A program made the position numbers and the translations under genes. From Thermoplasmata archaeon (GTDB taxonomy: Archaea > Thermoplasmatota > Thermoplasmata > GCA-020350865), in contig CP070751.1 in assembly GCA_020348445.1 (NCBI GenBank), positions 3,758,495 through 3,822,494 on the forward strand: a stretch of 64,000 bases of DNA. Reading direction: 5' to 3'. Shown here one piece after another: positions 31,101 to 39,743 of this stretch (position 1 is the stretch's first letter; the number at the start of each line of letters is the position of its first letter). The notes under the pieces were generated by a model. The model had not been told where the DNA came from, ran no database searches, and was given only the letters and a program-made list of their open reading frames with translations.

Positions 31101-31127
31101 GACCGCACCAACTTTGTCGTTGCTCAT
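28104..31127 (-). CDS. hdrA: two-FAD HdrA-family flavoprotein, copy 3
   Basis: Same motif set; closest to copy 2 (shared TDILFSPLETS, KHKFFLEAH). Confidence 0.95.
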   Translation of the reverse strand: MSNDKVGAVLVIGGGISGMQSSLDLADSGFKVYLLEKSPTIGGAMSQLDKTFPTNDCAMCIMAPKLVETGRHQNIKLITNADMEEVVGDAGHFTVTISKHSRRVDETKCTGCGICTQRCPVEVPDEYNKGFKLRKAIFVRYPQAVPSVYAIDKDICIGCGVCSEVCGAGAIAYDQTEEKMQLEVGSIIVTPGFDEFDLTKKRKEYGYGKYLNVVSSLELERMLSATGPYGGLVLRPSDGKVSKKMAFIQCVGSRDRSIGNPYCSSVCCMFAIKEAVIAQEHNPGLEATIFFMDMRAFGKEFDDYYIRAEKEHGIRFVKNNRISAIAENPNTNNLIINYIEEGELVTEEFDLVTLAVGMTAPKDAKNLSEKLNVDLNEYNFCSTDILFSPLETSRPGIFVGGAFGAPKDIPDSVSEASGAAAKASSVISSERGKLVTVKEYPPEREIGEEEPRIGVFVCHCGINIGGVVDVPDVVEYAKTMPNVAYAENNLYTCSQDTQQKIKEKIEEHGLNRVIVASCTPRTHQPLFQNTVAEAGLNPYLFEMANIRDQCSWVHMREPDAATEKAKDLVRMAVTKARLNSPLPKVPIEVKPSALVIGGGISGMNSALELSKQGYEAFIVERENELGGLMKRIHHELMGEQKDIQKKLKEIVMNIDSDERIHVFTNSTVKDVSGYIGNFKTIIDHNGEDKEIEHGIVIVSTGGEEYKPSEYLYGKNENVLTQLELEEKMAKEQKIDANTIVMIQCVGSRTPERPYCSRVCCTEAVKNALNIKELKPDANIYVLFKDIRTYGFSEIFYEEAARKGIKFIRYDDETKPKVSDKKGIEVKIKEQFLNEDLVLRPDLLILSAATIPHTDNTDLAQILKVPLSKHKFFLEAHMKLRPVEFATEGIFLCGLAHSPKFFEECVAQSSAAVSRAATILSKEKLFVEGTVSSVNEDKCTGCGTCEMVCPYGAIRVDMEELKAKVAEVLCKGCGTCGAACPEKAIDIAHFTDIQLLSQAIAALKEGST

Positions 31128-31435
31128 TAATAAATCCCCCCTATTTCTCTTCCTGACATAAGTCCTCGGATACAGATTGAGAAGTTACATTGATCTGTTC
31201 TTGCCCGCTCGCAACTATGGCATCTTAAAGTTAACAAAAGTTCTCGGGTTATCTTTTTCTTTGTTTCCTCGTCGATGTCTGGGAGACTTGTTTTACAAAG
31301 TTGTATGATCTTATTTTGTGTTTGTCCCCAACTTGGTATGGTGGATATACGGCTTTTGTAATCCCATCTGCTTCTTATTTCATCAACAGTTTTCTTATCC
31401 TTTTTGCTCAATTCGCTTTTAGTGTTCTTGGTCAC
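31127..31435 (-). CDS. small Cx2Cx7Cx4C protein, copy X2
   Basis: LTLRCHSCERARTDQCNFSICIRGL; GTG start; overlaps both neighbours. Confidence 0.9.
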   Translation of the reverse strand: MTKNTKSELSKKDKKTVDEIRSRWDYKSRISTIPSWGQTQNKIIQLCKTSLPDIDEETKKKITRELLLTLRCHSCERARTDQCNFSICIRGLMSGREIGGIY

Positions 31436-32217
31436 TTTATCCCCTCCTCTACTGCTAAATATAAAGGAGTATCATTGTCAATCCTGTCAAGCATCACCAG
31501 ACCTCGGTCCCTTAACGTCACAATATGTTGTAATACTCGATTGGGGGGAAGTTCTAGGCGCTGAGCCAGTTCATCTACTGATAACGCTTCATCCCTAACT
31601 TCAAAAATAATACTACATCTATCTAATTCATAATTGATGGCGGCGTCAAGTACGGTGTCTATTTCCTCCTGAGGAACTTTCTCATTGTATACATTTCCTT
31701 CCATAACCAAATCCAATTCTCTTGAAACAAGTAACTTCAATCTAAAGTCCTTCACAGCATTTTTTGCTGCAAATAATGCCTTAAGAATATCAACGTTAGG
31801 TGTTGTTCCGCTAACGGGTGATGGCCCAATTTCTTTTATTTGCTTTGTGAATTCTCGGATAGTTTCTGCAAATCGTTCGCCTTCGGAAGCAGAAATCCAT
31901 TCTAGTCTGAGTCGCTCCTCTTCAAACCCTATCCTCTTCAATAATTTCTTTGTCAGTTTTACCCTCTTTTCAGCAAAATAATTACCTGTTTGATAATGGC
32001 AATCTCCAAAATGACATCCACCAACAAGGATCCCATCTGCACCTTGGATGAACATTTCCAAGATAAGAGATGGTTCGACCCTACCACTACACATTACCCT
32101 TACTATCCTAAGATTTGCAGGATATTGATATCTGCTCACACCTGCCAGATCAGCACCTGCATATGAGCACCAGTTGCATAAAAATCCCAGAATTTTAGGT
32201 TCGAATTTTGTTGCCAT
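31432..32217 (-). CDS. mvhD: MvhD-wHTH fusion
   Basis: MvhD motifs plus ALSVDELAQRLELPPNRVLQHIVTLRDRG. Confidence 0.9.
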   Translation of the reverse strand: MATKFEPKILGFLCNWCSYAGADLAGVSRYQYPANLRIVRVMCSGRVEPSLILEMFIQGADGILVGGCHFGDCHYQTGNYFAEKRVKLTKKLLKRIGFEEERLRLEWISASEGERFAETIREFTKQIKEIGPSPVSGTTPNVDILKALFAAKNAVKDFRLKLLVSRELDLVMEGNVYNEKVPQEEIDTVLDAAINYELDRCSIIFEVRDEALSVDELAQRLELPPNRVLQHIVTLRDRGLVMLDRIDNDTPLYLAVEEGIK

Positions 32218-35200
32218 TAGATCGCCTCCCTTAAAGCGGCCATGGCTTGTGCAGTAAGTTGTGTTTCAGTGTAGTTCCGAATTGTAATTGCGTTCTCTGG
32301 ACATGAACCTGCACAAATACCACAACCCTTACATAGCACTTCCATAACCTTTGCCACCAATTCCTCTTCATCTTTGCGGACAGCACCGTATGGACAAACG
32401 AACTCGCAGGTTCTGCACCCTATACACAGTTCCTCATCCACGGAGGATACCATTCCTTCGACGAATAGTTTCTCCTTCGAGAGAATTGTGGCGGCTCTTG
32501 AAACTGCTGCACTGGATTGTGAAATGCACTCATTAAAGAATTTTGGTGAATGGGCCAAACCACAAACGAAGATACCATCGGTTGCGAACTCCACAGGACG
32601 CAGTTTCATATGTGCTTCCAAGAAGAATCCGTCTTTTGTCAATGGAACCTTTAATATCTTTGCTAAATCATAATTATCAGGATTAGGTACTGTTGCAGCG
32701 CTCAATACCAGGTAATCTGGCTTTATAACTACATCCTCATTTAGGAAATGATCATAGACCTTAACTTCCAAGCCATTATCATCCGTAACAACGGGTTTTG
32801 TATTGTCAAAGAATCTAATGAACTGGATACCCTGTCTTGCAGCTTCCTCGTAATATATTTCCCGAAATCCATATGTTCTCATATCCTTGAACAGGACGAA
32901 CACGCTGATTTGGGGATTCTTCTCTTTGGCCTTCAACGCATTTTTTACAGCCTCGACACAGCATACCCTACTGCAATACGTTCTGATTTCATCTCTGCAC
33001 CCAACACATTGGATCATAACAACAGTCTTGGCATTGGGATCCAATTCATTGTTATAAAGTATATTGTCGAATTCGAGCTGGGTGAGCACTTTATCATTTT
33101 TTCCGTATAGGAACTCTTTTGGTTGGTATTCGGCACCACCTGAAGCAACGATTATTGCTCCATGTTCAATTTCCTTTTCCTCTCCATTTTGATCTAAGGT
33201 TGTGACGAAGTTACCAACGTAACCGTTTACATCCTTCACCGTTGTATTTTTATAGATTTTGATCTTATCATTTGAATTAACGTTTTCTATGGTCTTATTA
33301 AGCCATGTGGGTATATCCTCTCCTTTCAAACCATAATGCAATCTATTTACCAAACCTCCTAACTCGCTCTCCTTCTCAACAATATGGGCCTCGAAACCTT
33401 GACTTGCCAGCTCCAAAGCCGCATTCATACCTGAGATCCCACCTCCTATAACCAATGCAGATGGTTTTACATCAATGGGCACCTTGGGTAATGCAGTGCT
33501 CAATCTGGCCTTTGCTAAAGCCATTCTTACCAGATCCTTAGCCTTCTCTGTTGCTCTTTCTGGCTCTTCCATATGCACCCATGAGCATTGGTCACGAATA
33601 TTGGCCATCTCGAAAAGATAGGGATTAAGCCCACTTTCTGCCACCGTGTTTTGGAACAGGGGTCCATGGGTTCTAGGAGTGCAGCTTGCCACCATTACGC
33701 GGTTGAGGTTGTGCTCTTTGATCTTCTCTTTTATATGCTCCTGGGTATCTTGGGAACACGTGTACAGGTTCTCCTCTGCAAATATAACATTGGGCAAGGT
33801 CTTTGCATATTCTACGACCTTAGGAACATTCACAACTCCGCCAATATTTATTCCGCAATGACAGATGAAAGCTCCAATGCGCGGTTCCTCCTCACCAACC
33901 TCTTTTTCAGGAGGATACTCCTTTACTGTTGTGAGGGTATTTCTTTGGGATGCGATTATACTGGATACTTTGGTTGCGGCACCGCTTGCCTGAGCCACGC
34001 TATCTGGAATATCCTTTGGATCCTGAAATACCCCGCAGACATATATCCCTGGTTTGTTGGTGCTTATGGGGGAGAATATTGTTGTATTGCAGAAATCGAA
34101 GTCGTTAAGTTCTATTCCCAATTTCTCTCCTAATTCATGGGCTCCCTTTGGTTTTTCCATACCCACAGAAAGAACCACCAAATCAAATTCTTCCTCCTTT
34201 AATTCCCCTCCAAAGATGTATACTATCTTCAGATTCTTTGTTTTGGGCATCTCCTCAACAGAGGAAATGCGATTGTTTGAAACAAACCTAACCTTATGCT
34301 CTTTAGCAGCCCGAATGTAATAATCGTCGAACTCCTTGCCAAAGGCACGCATGTCCATGAAGAATATAGTTGAGCTTAATTCGGGGGTATGCTCCTGGGC
34401 AATCACAGCTTCCTTTATGGCGAACATGCAGCATACTGAGGAGCAGTATGGATTGCCGATGCTTCTGTCCCTTGATCCAACACATTGTATAAAAGCGATT
34501 TTTTGGGCAACTTTTCCATCTGAAGGTCGAAGAACCACACCACCATATGGTCCTGTTGCAGAAAGCATTCTCTCCAGTTCAAGGCTTGATACGACGTTGG
34601 GAAATCTACCGTAGCCGTACTCCCTTCGCATCGTCCTCAAATCGAACTCTTCAAAACCAGGAGAGACAATAATCGAGCCTACATTCAGATCGATTTTTTC
34701 CTGTGTTTGTGAGTATTTTATGGCTCCTGCCCTGCATTGGGTCTCACAGATTCCACAACCTATGCAATGGTCTTGGTCTATGCAATGGATAGGCGGCACA
34801 GCCTGTGGATATTTTATATAAACCGCTTTTCTGATCTTAAAGCCCCTGTTATACTCGTCTTTGACCTCCACGGGGCAGCGCTGTGTACAGAGACCACAAC
34901 CTGTACATTTGCTTTCGTCCACATATCTTGGTCTCTTATTGATGGTGACCTTGAAGTTTCCTGCTTCACCTTCCACATTCTCCACATTGGCATTGGTGAT
35001 GAGCTTGATATTCTGATGTCTTCCTGTTTCCACAAGTTTGGGAGCCATTATGCACATTGCGCAGTCATTTGTTGGGAAGGTTTTATCCAACTGGGCCATA
35101 GCACCCCCTATACTTGGAGAGTAATCAACGATATAAACATAGAATCCCGAATCAGCCAGATCCAGTGCGGATTGCATACCGGCTATTCCTCCTCCAATGA

Positions 35201-35228
35201 CCAGTGCGGCTCCTATAGTTTCATCCAT
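32217..35228 (-). CDS. hdrA: two-FAD HdrA-family flavoprotein, copy 4
   Basis: Same motif set; true start MDETIGAALVIGGG at 35228 after a GGAGGTGAT SD. Confidence 0.95.
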   Translation of the reverse strand: MDETIGAALVIGGGIAGMQSALDLADSGFYVYIVDYSPSIGGAMAQLDKTFPTNDCAMCIMAPKLVETGRHQNIKLITNANVENVEGEAGNFKVTINKRPRYVDESKCTGCGLCTQRCPVEVKDEYNRGFKIRKAVYIKYPQAVPPIHCIDQDHCIGCGICETQCRAGAIKYSQTQEKIDLNVGSIIVSPGFEEFDLRTMRREYGYGRFPNVVSSLELERMLSATGPYGGVVLRPSDGKVAQKIAFIQCVGSRDRSIGNPYCSSVCCMFAIKEAVIAQEHTPELSSTIFFMDMRAFGKEFDDYYIRAAKEHKVRFVSNNRISSVEEMPKTKNLKIVYIFGGELKEEEFDLVVLSVGMEKPKGAHELGEKLGIELNDFDFCNTTIFSPISTNKPGIYVCGVFQDPKDIPDSVAQASGAATKVSSIIASQRNTLTTVKEYPPEKEVGEEEPRIGAFICHCGINIGGVVNVPKVVEYAKTLPNVIFAEENLYTCSQDTQEHIKEKIKEHNLNRVMVASCTPRTHGPLFQNTVAESGLNPYLFEMANIRDQCSWVHMEEPERATEKAKDLVRMALAKARLSTALPKVPIDVKPSALVIGGGISGMNAALELASQGFEAHIVEKESELGGLVNRLHYGLKGEDIPTWLNKTIENVNSNDKIKIYKNTTVKDVNGYVGNFVTTLDQNGEEKEIEHGAIIVASGGAEYQPKEFLYGKNDKVLTQLEFDNILYNNELDPNAKTVVMIQCVGCRDEIRTYCSRVCCVEAVKNALKAKEKNPQISVFVLFKDMRTYGFREIYYEEAARQGIQFIRFFDNTKPVVTDDNGLEVKVYDHFLNEDVVIKPDYLVLSAATVPNPDNYDLAKILKVPLTKDGFFLEAHMKLRPVEFATDGIFVCGLAHSPKFFNECISQSSAAVSRAATILSKEKLFVEGMVSSVDEELCIGCRTCEFVCPYGAVRKDEEELVAKVMEVLCKGCGICAGSCPENAITIRNYTETQLTAQAMAALREAI

Positions 35229-35533
35229 CAGATCACCTCCTGACCAGAAAGAAGACCGCGAATACAAACTGAGAAGTTGCATTCATCGCTACGGGCTCTT
35301 TCGCAACTGTGACATCTAAGTGTTAGAAGCATATTTCTTGTGATTTTCTTCTTTGTCTCTTCATCGATATCAGGTAACGAGCTCAGGCATTCCTGGATGA
35401 TCTTTGTTTGAACCTGTCCCCATCTGGGAAGTGTGGATATTCTATCCTGGTTTCGCCATGAATCCTTTATCATCCTGACCTTAGCCTCTGAACCTTTTTT
35501 AGATGTTTTTGAAGGAGCCTTTTCTTTCTTCAT
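35228..35533 (-). CDS. small Cx2Cx7Cx4C protein, copy X3
   Basis: LTLRCHSCERARSDECNFSVCIRGL. Confidence 0.9.
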   Translation of the reverse strand: MKKEKAPSKTSKKGSEAKVRMIKDSWRNQDRISTLPRWGQVQTKIIQECLSSLPDIDEETKKKITRNMLLTLRCHSCERARSDECNFSVCIRGLLSGQEVI

Positions 35534-36336
35534 CTAAGCACCTCCTCTTTTGGAGTTATGTAAAGGGGCATCACACCGTCGAATCTATCCACCACGACAA
35601 GGCCTCTGTCTTTGAGGGTAACAATATGCTGCAATACTATTTCAGGGGATAGATTAATCTGTGAGGCGATGTCCAAAACTGAATAAGGCCCGTCTATGGT
35701 CATCAATAGTATTTTCTGCCTGGCCATCTCCTCATCAATGGCAGAGTCCATGAGATTATCGAACTCCTCTTGTGAAATTGTTTTGTCGTAGACATTGCCT
35801 TTTTCTGTTAGGTTGATTTCTCGGGCCACCAAGGACCTCAATCTAAAATCTCTTGCTGCATTTTTGGCAACAAAAAGACCTTCCAGTTTATCAACATCAG
35901 GATTCTTCCCAGCAACAGGGCTTGGCCCTAAAGTTTTTACCTCGTTTACAAAATCCTCCACAACCTTGGAAAACCTCTCACCCTCAGATGCTGATACCCA
36001 TTCCAGGCGCAATCTGTTAGGATTAAGACCAGACTTTTCGATTAATTTCTTTGCGAGTTTTATTTTCTTCTCAGTGTAGTAATTACCAGTAATATAATGG
36101 CAGTCACCAAGGTGACAACCACCTACAAGTACTCCATCTGCACCATGTATCAACATCTCGATTATGAGAACTGGATCCACTCTTGAACTGCACATGACCC
36201 TGACAGTTCTTGTGTTTGTCGGGTACTGGTACCTGGAAACTCCAGCCAAATCAGCTCCTGCATATGAGCACCAGTTGCATAGAAATGCAATGATCTTGGG
36301 TTCGAATCCAGATGCTGTTGCTTCTTCTTCACTCAT
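35530..36336 (-). CDS. mvhD: MvhD-wHTH fusion
   Basis: MvhD motifs plus PYSVLDIASQINLSPEIVLQHIVTLKDRG. Confidence 0.9.
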   Translation of the reverse strand: MSEEEATASGFEPKIIAFLCNWCSYAGADLAGVSRYQYPTNTRTVRVMCSSRVDPVLIIEMLIHGADGVLVGGCHLGDCHYITGNYYTEKKIKLAKKLIEKSGLNPNRLRLEWVSASEGERFSKVVEDFVNEVKTLGPSPVAGKNPDVDKLEGLFVAKNAARDFRLRSLVAREINLTEKGNVYDKTISQEEFDNLMDSAIDEEMARQKILLMTIDGPYSVLDIASQINLSPEIVLQHIVTLKDRGLVVVDRFDGVMPLYITPKEEVLR

Positions 36337-38237
36337 GTCCCTACCTCCTCCAACGCCGCAAGGGCCTCAGCCGTGAGCTGCTCATCTGTATAGTGAGTCA
36401 TTGTAATGGCCTTCTCAGGACATATGGAGCCGCAAGTTCCGCAGCCTTTGCATGCCGCTACAATGACCTCTGCAAGCCCTTCCTCATCAAATTGAATCGC
36501 ACCATATGGGCATACCACTTCACATGACTTGCACCCCGAGCAGCGCTCCCTGTCCACATAGGAAACTATGGCCTCAGCCTGAACATAACCCAGGCTCATG
36601 GGTATTGAAGCACGGGATGCGGCACCATATGCTTGGGCAACGGCCTCGGTGATGTTTGCAGGTCCGTGAGCAGTCCCGCAAAGGAAAATACCGTCAGTAG
36701 CAAAATCAACTGGACGAAGTTTAACATGGGCCTCCAAGAAGAATTCATCTCTACCCAAGGGAACCTTGAGCATCTTTGAAAGTTCCTGGGCATCTGGTCT
36801 CTGGGTAAGAGGTGTTGCCAATATTATCAGATCAGGATTCATCTTTCTGTCGGCCTTCAATGTCTCGTGGTAATAGGATACTGTGAGTTTTCCATCCTCC
36901 ATTGAGACCTTTGGTGGATTCTCAGGGACGAAGCGAACGAACTTTACCCTCTGCTCCCTGGATTTATTGTATAGCAGCTCCTGCTCTATACCATATGTTG
37001 TGATTCCTCTGTTGAAGACCGTGACATCCACTGCTGCCCCTCTTTCTTTGGGTCTTTCCTCGCCTCTTTCTGCACCCCTTCTTCTTCCACCTCTCCTTCC
37101 CCTTCTGTCCCTTCTGCTTCTTCTTCTGGATTCACCCTCCTCCTCCTCTGGTTCCTCTGCTTTTTCCTCTTCTTTATCCGAAACCGCCTTTTCATCCACA
37201 CTGGCTTCCTCTACTTTAGCTTCTGCATCACCGCCCTTTGAGGCCATCTCCATGACCTTCATTGCGTTCTTGACTGTAACAGTGCAGCATATTCTAGAGC
37301 AGTATTCCTTGTCCTGACCCCTTGCTCCCGAACATGTTATGAAGGCAACACTCTTTAAATCCGCGGGGACTTTGTCTTCCTTTACCATCTTCTCAAAGTC
37401 CGTTAATGTTATTATATTGTCGTGTTCTCCAAGACCATAGAGTCCCTTTGGTCTGTATTCATCGGCACCTGTTGCAACGATGATGGTTCCCACACCAATT
37501 TCCTTGTCCTCCCCATTCACATTTAAAACGGCATCGTACTTGCCGATGTAACCGGTAAGTGATTTTAAGGTGGTATTCTTGTAAAGTTGAATCTTGTCAT
37601 TTGCCTCCACTTTTTTAATCAATCCCTCATAGGCTTTTGCACTGCTTTCTTGGGTTTGATAAAGGGTGCTCAATTTTCTTAGAAATCCTCCGAGTTCAGG
37701 TTCTTTTTCTATCAAATGTGTTTCAAAACCCTGATTGGCCAGATTGAGGGCCGCTGTCATACCTGCTATACCACCACCTATCACCAGAGAAGAGGGTCTA
37801 ACATCGATTTTCACCTCCTCTTGAGGCTCCAAGAGCACGGCCCTTGCCACACCCATTTTTATCAGATCCTTGGACTTTGCCGTGGCTTTCTCCTGCTCTT
37901 TCATATGAACCCATGAGCAGTGCTCCCTGATGTTCACGAATGTGAAAAGGTATTTGTTCAGTCCTGCCTCCTCGCAGATTCTCATAAAAAGTGGAGCATG
38001 TGTTCTGGGTGTGCATGATGCCACAATCACCCTGGTAAGATTCTTCTCCTTAATCGCATTTTTTATGGCTGTCAAACCATCATCAGCACATGTATAAAGA
38101 TTGTTCTCGGCGTGAACCACATTTGGCAATGTTTTTGCGTACTCTGCAACGTCCGGTACATCAACAAATCCCCCGATGTTCACACCGCAGTGACATACGA
38201 ATACACCGATTCTGGGCTCTTTTATCTCCATGGCCAT
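36333..38237 (-). CDS. hdrA: HdrA-family protein, C-terminal half type (QmoB-like: N-terminal Fe-S domain, FAD, C-terminal ferredoxin) with low-complexity insert
   Basis: IGVFVCHCG, GGGIAG, CSRICC, CSGCKSCEVVCP/CKGCGTCGSICP; ~70-aa E-rich then R/G-rich insert. Confidence 0.92.
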   Translation of the reverse strand: MAMEIKEPRIGVFVCHCGVNIGGFVDVPDVAEYAKTLPNVVHAENNLYTCADDGLTAIKNAIKEKNLTRVIVASCTPRTHAPLFMRICEEAGLNKYLFTFVNIREHCSWVHMKEQEKATAKSKDLIKMGVARAVLLEPQEEVKIDVRPSSLVIGGGIAGMTAALNLANQGFETHLIEKEPELGGFLRKLSTLYQTQESSAKAYEGLIKKVEANDKIQLYKNTTLKSLTGYIGKYDAVLNVNGEDKEIGVGTIIVATGADEYRPKGLYGLGEHDNIITLTDFEKMVKEDKVPADLKSVAFITCSGARGQDKEYCSRICCTVTVKNAMKVMEMASKGGDAEAKVEEASVDEKAVSDKEEEKAEEPEEEEGESRRRSRRDRRGRRGGRRRGAERGEERPKERGAAVDVTVFNRGITTYGIEQELLYNKSREQRVKFVRFVPENPPKVSMEDGKLTVSYYHETLKADRKMNPDLIILATPLTQRPDAQELSKMLKVPLGRDEFFLEAHVKLRPVDFATDGIFLCGTAHGPANITEAVAQAYGAASRASIPMSLGYVQAEAIVSYVDRERCSGCKSCEVVCPYGAIQFDEEGLAEVIVAACKGCGTCGSICPEKAITMTHYTDEQLTAEALAALEEVGT

Positions 38238-39544
38238 CAGCTCACCCCCTTTGTCGAAAGGAGCTCTGCCGCCCTTGCCGCAGCTCCAGATGCCTGGGCA
38301 ACTGCCTCGGGTATATCCATGGGCTCATGACAGTATCCTGCAATGAAGATGCCGGGACGTTTGGTATCCACGGGATTGAGCAACTTATCAGCTGATTCGT
38401 AGAAGCCGAACTCATCCACATCAATATCAAGGAGCTTGGCCAGTTCTTTTGCACCCTTACGGGGCACAAGTGTAGTGGCAAGAATAACCATGTCTACCTC
38501 CATTTTCTCCTGTTTGCCAGCAACATCGTAAACAACTATTGGATTTTGGTTGGCAGGATTTTCCTGCACTGTGGCATCTGAATTGATGTAGGTGATTCCA
38601 TATTCGCTTTTTCCTCGCTCCATATATTCATTGAAACCTTTTCCAAATGTCCTCATATCTTTGTAGAAAATGAATGATTCCATATCATCGTGATGTTCCC
38701 TTGCCAAAATCGCCTCCTTGGTTGAATGCATGCAGCATACACTGCAGCAGTACGGATGATCCAGCTGGGGATTTCTTGAGCCAACGCATTGTATAAATCC
38801 TATCTTCTTTGGCCTTTCCCCGTCTGAACGTCTTTGGATATGACCTCCCGTGGGACCTGCAGCATTTATCATACGCTCGAATTCCATGGCAGTGAAGACG
38901 TTCTGAACCTTTTTATAACCATATTCCTTGGCTGGGGTCGGGTCCCATACATCGTAGCCTGTGGCAACGATTATTGATCCAACATTAAGCTTCAATTCCT
39001 CAGGACCCTTGTCGAATTCTATTGCACCAATTTTACACGCCTTCTCGCAGAGCCTGCACTTTCCTTTTGTATAAAAAATGCAGTTCTCTTCGTCGATGGT
39101 CATGACCCTGGGCACTGCTTGAAGAAAGGGAAGGTAAATCGCTTTTCGCATCCCAAGTTCCATATCAAATTCGTTGGGGACCTTAACTGGACATTTGGCA
39201 TTACAATCACCGCATCCAGTGCAGACATCTTCGTTCACATGTCTGGCTTTTCTTGTTACCGTTGCATTATAGTTACCCGCATCCCCGGCAATTTCAGAGA
39301 CCTCTGAGTAGGTCATTACATTTATGTTATCATGGCCAAAACAATCCGCCATTTTCGGGGCTAAGATACAAATGGAGCAGTCATTTGTGGGGAAGGTCTT
39401 ATCCAATTGTGCCATTCTTCCCCCGATAGAGGGTTCCCTCTCAACAAGATAGACCTGCATACCTTTATCAGCCAAATCCAAGGATGCCTGGATTCCTGCG
39501 ATGCCTCCACCAATTACTAAGACATTTTTCTTTTCCATTTTCAT
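38237..39544 (-). CDS. hdrA: HdrA-family protein, N-terminal half type (QmoA-like with inserted ferredoxin)
   Basis: GGGIAG, FPTNDCSIC, CTGCGDCNAKCP, MEFER, CVGSR...CCSVCC; no N-terminal domain or C-terminal ferredoxin. Confidence 0.92.
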   Translation of the reverse strand: MKMEKKNVLVIGGGIAGIQASLDLADKGMQVYLVEREPSIGGRMAQLDKTFPTNDCSICILAPKMADCFGHDNINVMTYSEVSEIAGDAGNYNATVTRKARHVNEDVCTGCGDCNAKCPVKVPNEFDMELGMRKAIYLPFLQAVPRVMTIDEENCIFYTKGKCRLCEKACKIGAIEFDKGPEELKLNVGSIIVATGYDVWDPTPAKEYGYKKVQNVFTAMEFERMINAAGPTGGHIQRRSDGERPKKIGFIQCVGSRNPQLDHPYCCSVCCMHSTKEAILAREHHDDMESFIFYKDMRTFGKGFNEYMERGKSEYGITYINSDATVQENPANQNPIVVYDVAGKQEKMEVDMVILATTLVPRKGAKELAKLLDIDVDEFGFYESADKLLNPVDTKRPGIFIAGYCHEPMDIPEAVAQASGAAARAAELLSTKGVS

Positions 39545-39645
39545 GCCCCCTTAAGGATCGAACATGATTACATATTACCTTCCCTTTATACACTGTACAT
39601 AGGGGAGGAGGGAATTGCTCTTTTATGATATATATTTTATGACGA

Positions 39646-39691
39646 TATATAACACTTTTTAGATGGTATTCGCCGAAATACCACTGGTATT
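39646..39691 (-). promoter_or_regulatory. promoter (BRE-TATA) and inverted-repeat operator of the second hdr transcription unit
   Basis: Minus strand AAAAAGTGTTATATA near 39646-39660; TGGTATT-N6-AATACCA-C-TGGTATT at 39664-39691 in a 200-bp intergenic gap. Confidence 0.5.
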
Positions 39692-39743
39692 TTTCCATAT
39701 CTCGTCATGGATATCTGCGGTATATTTTTCAATAGTTATGGTA

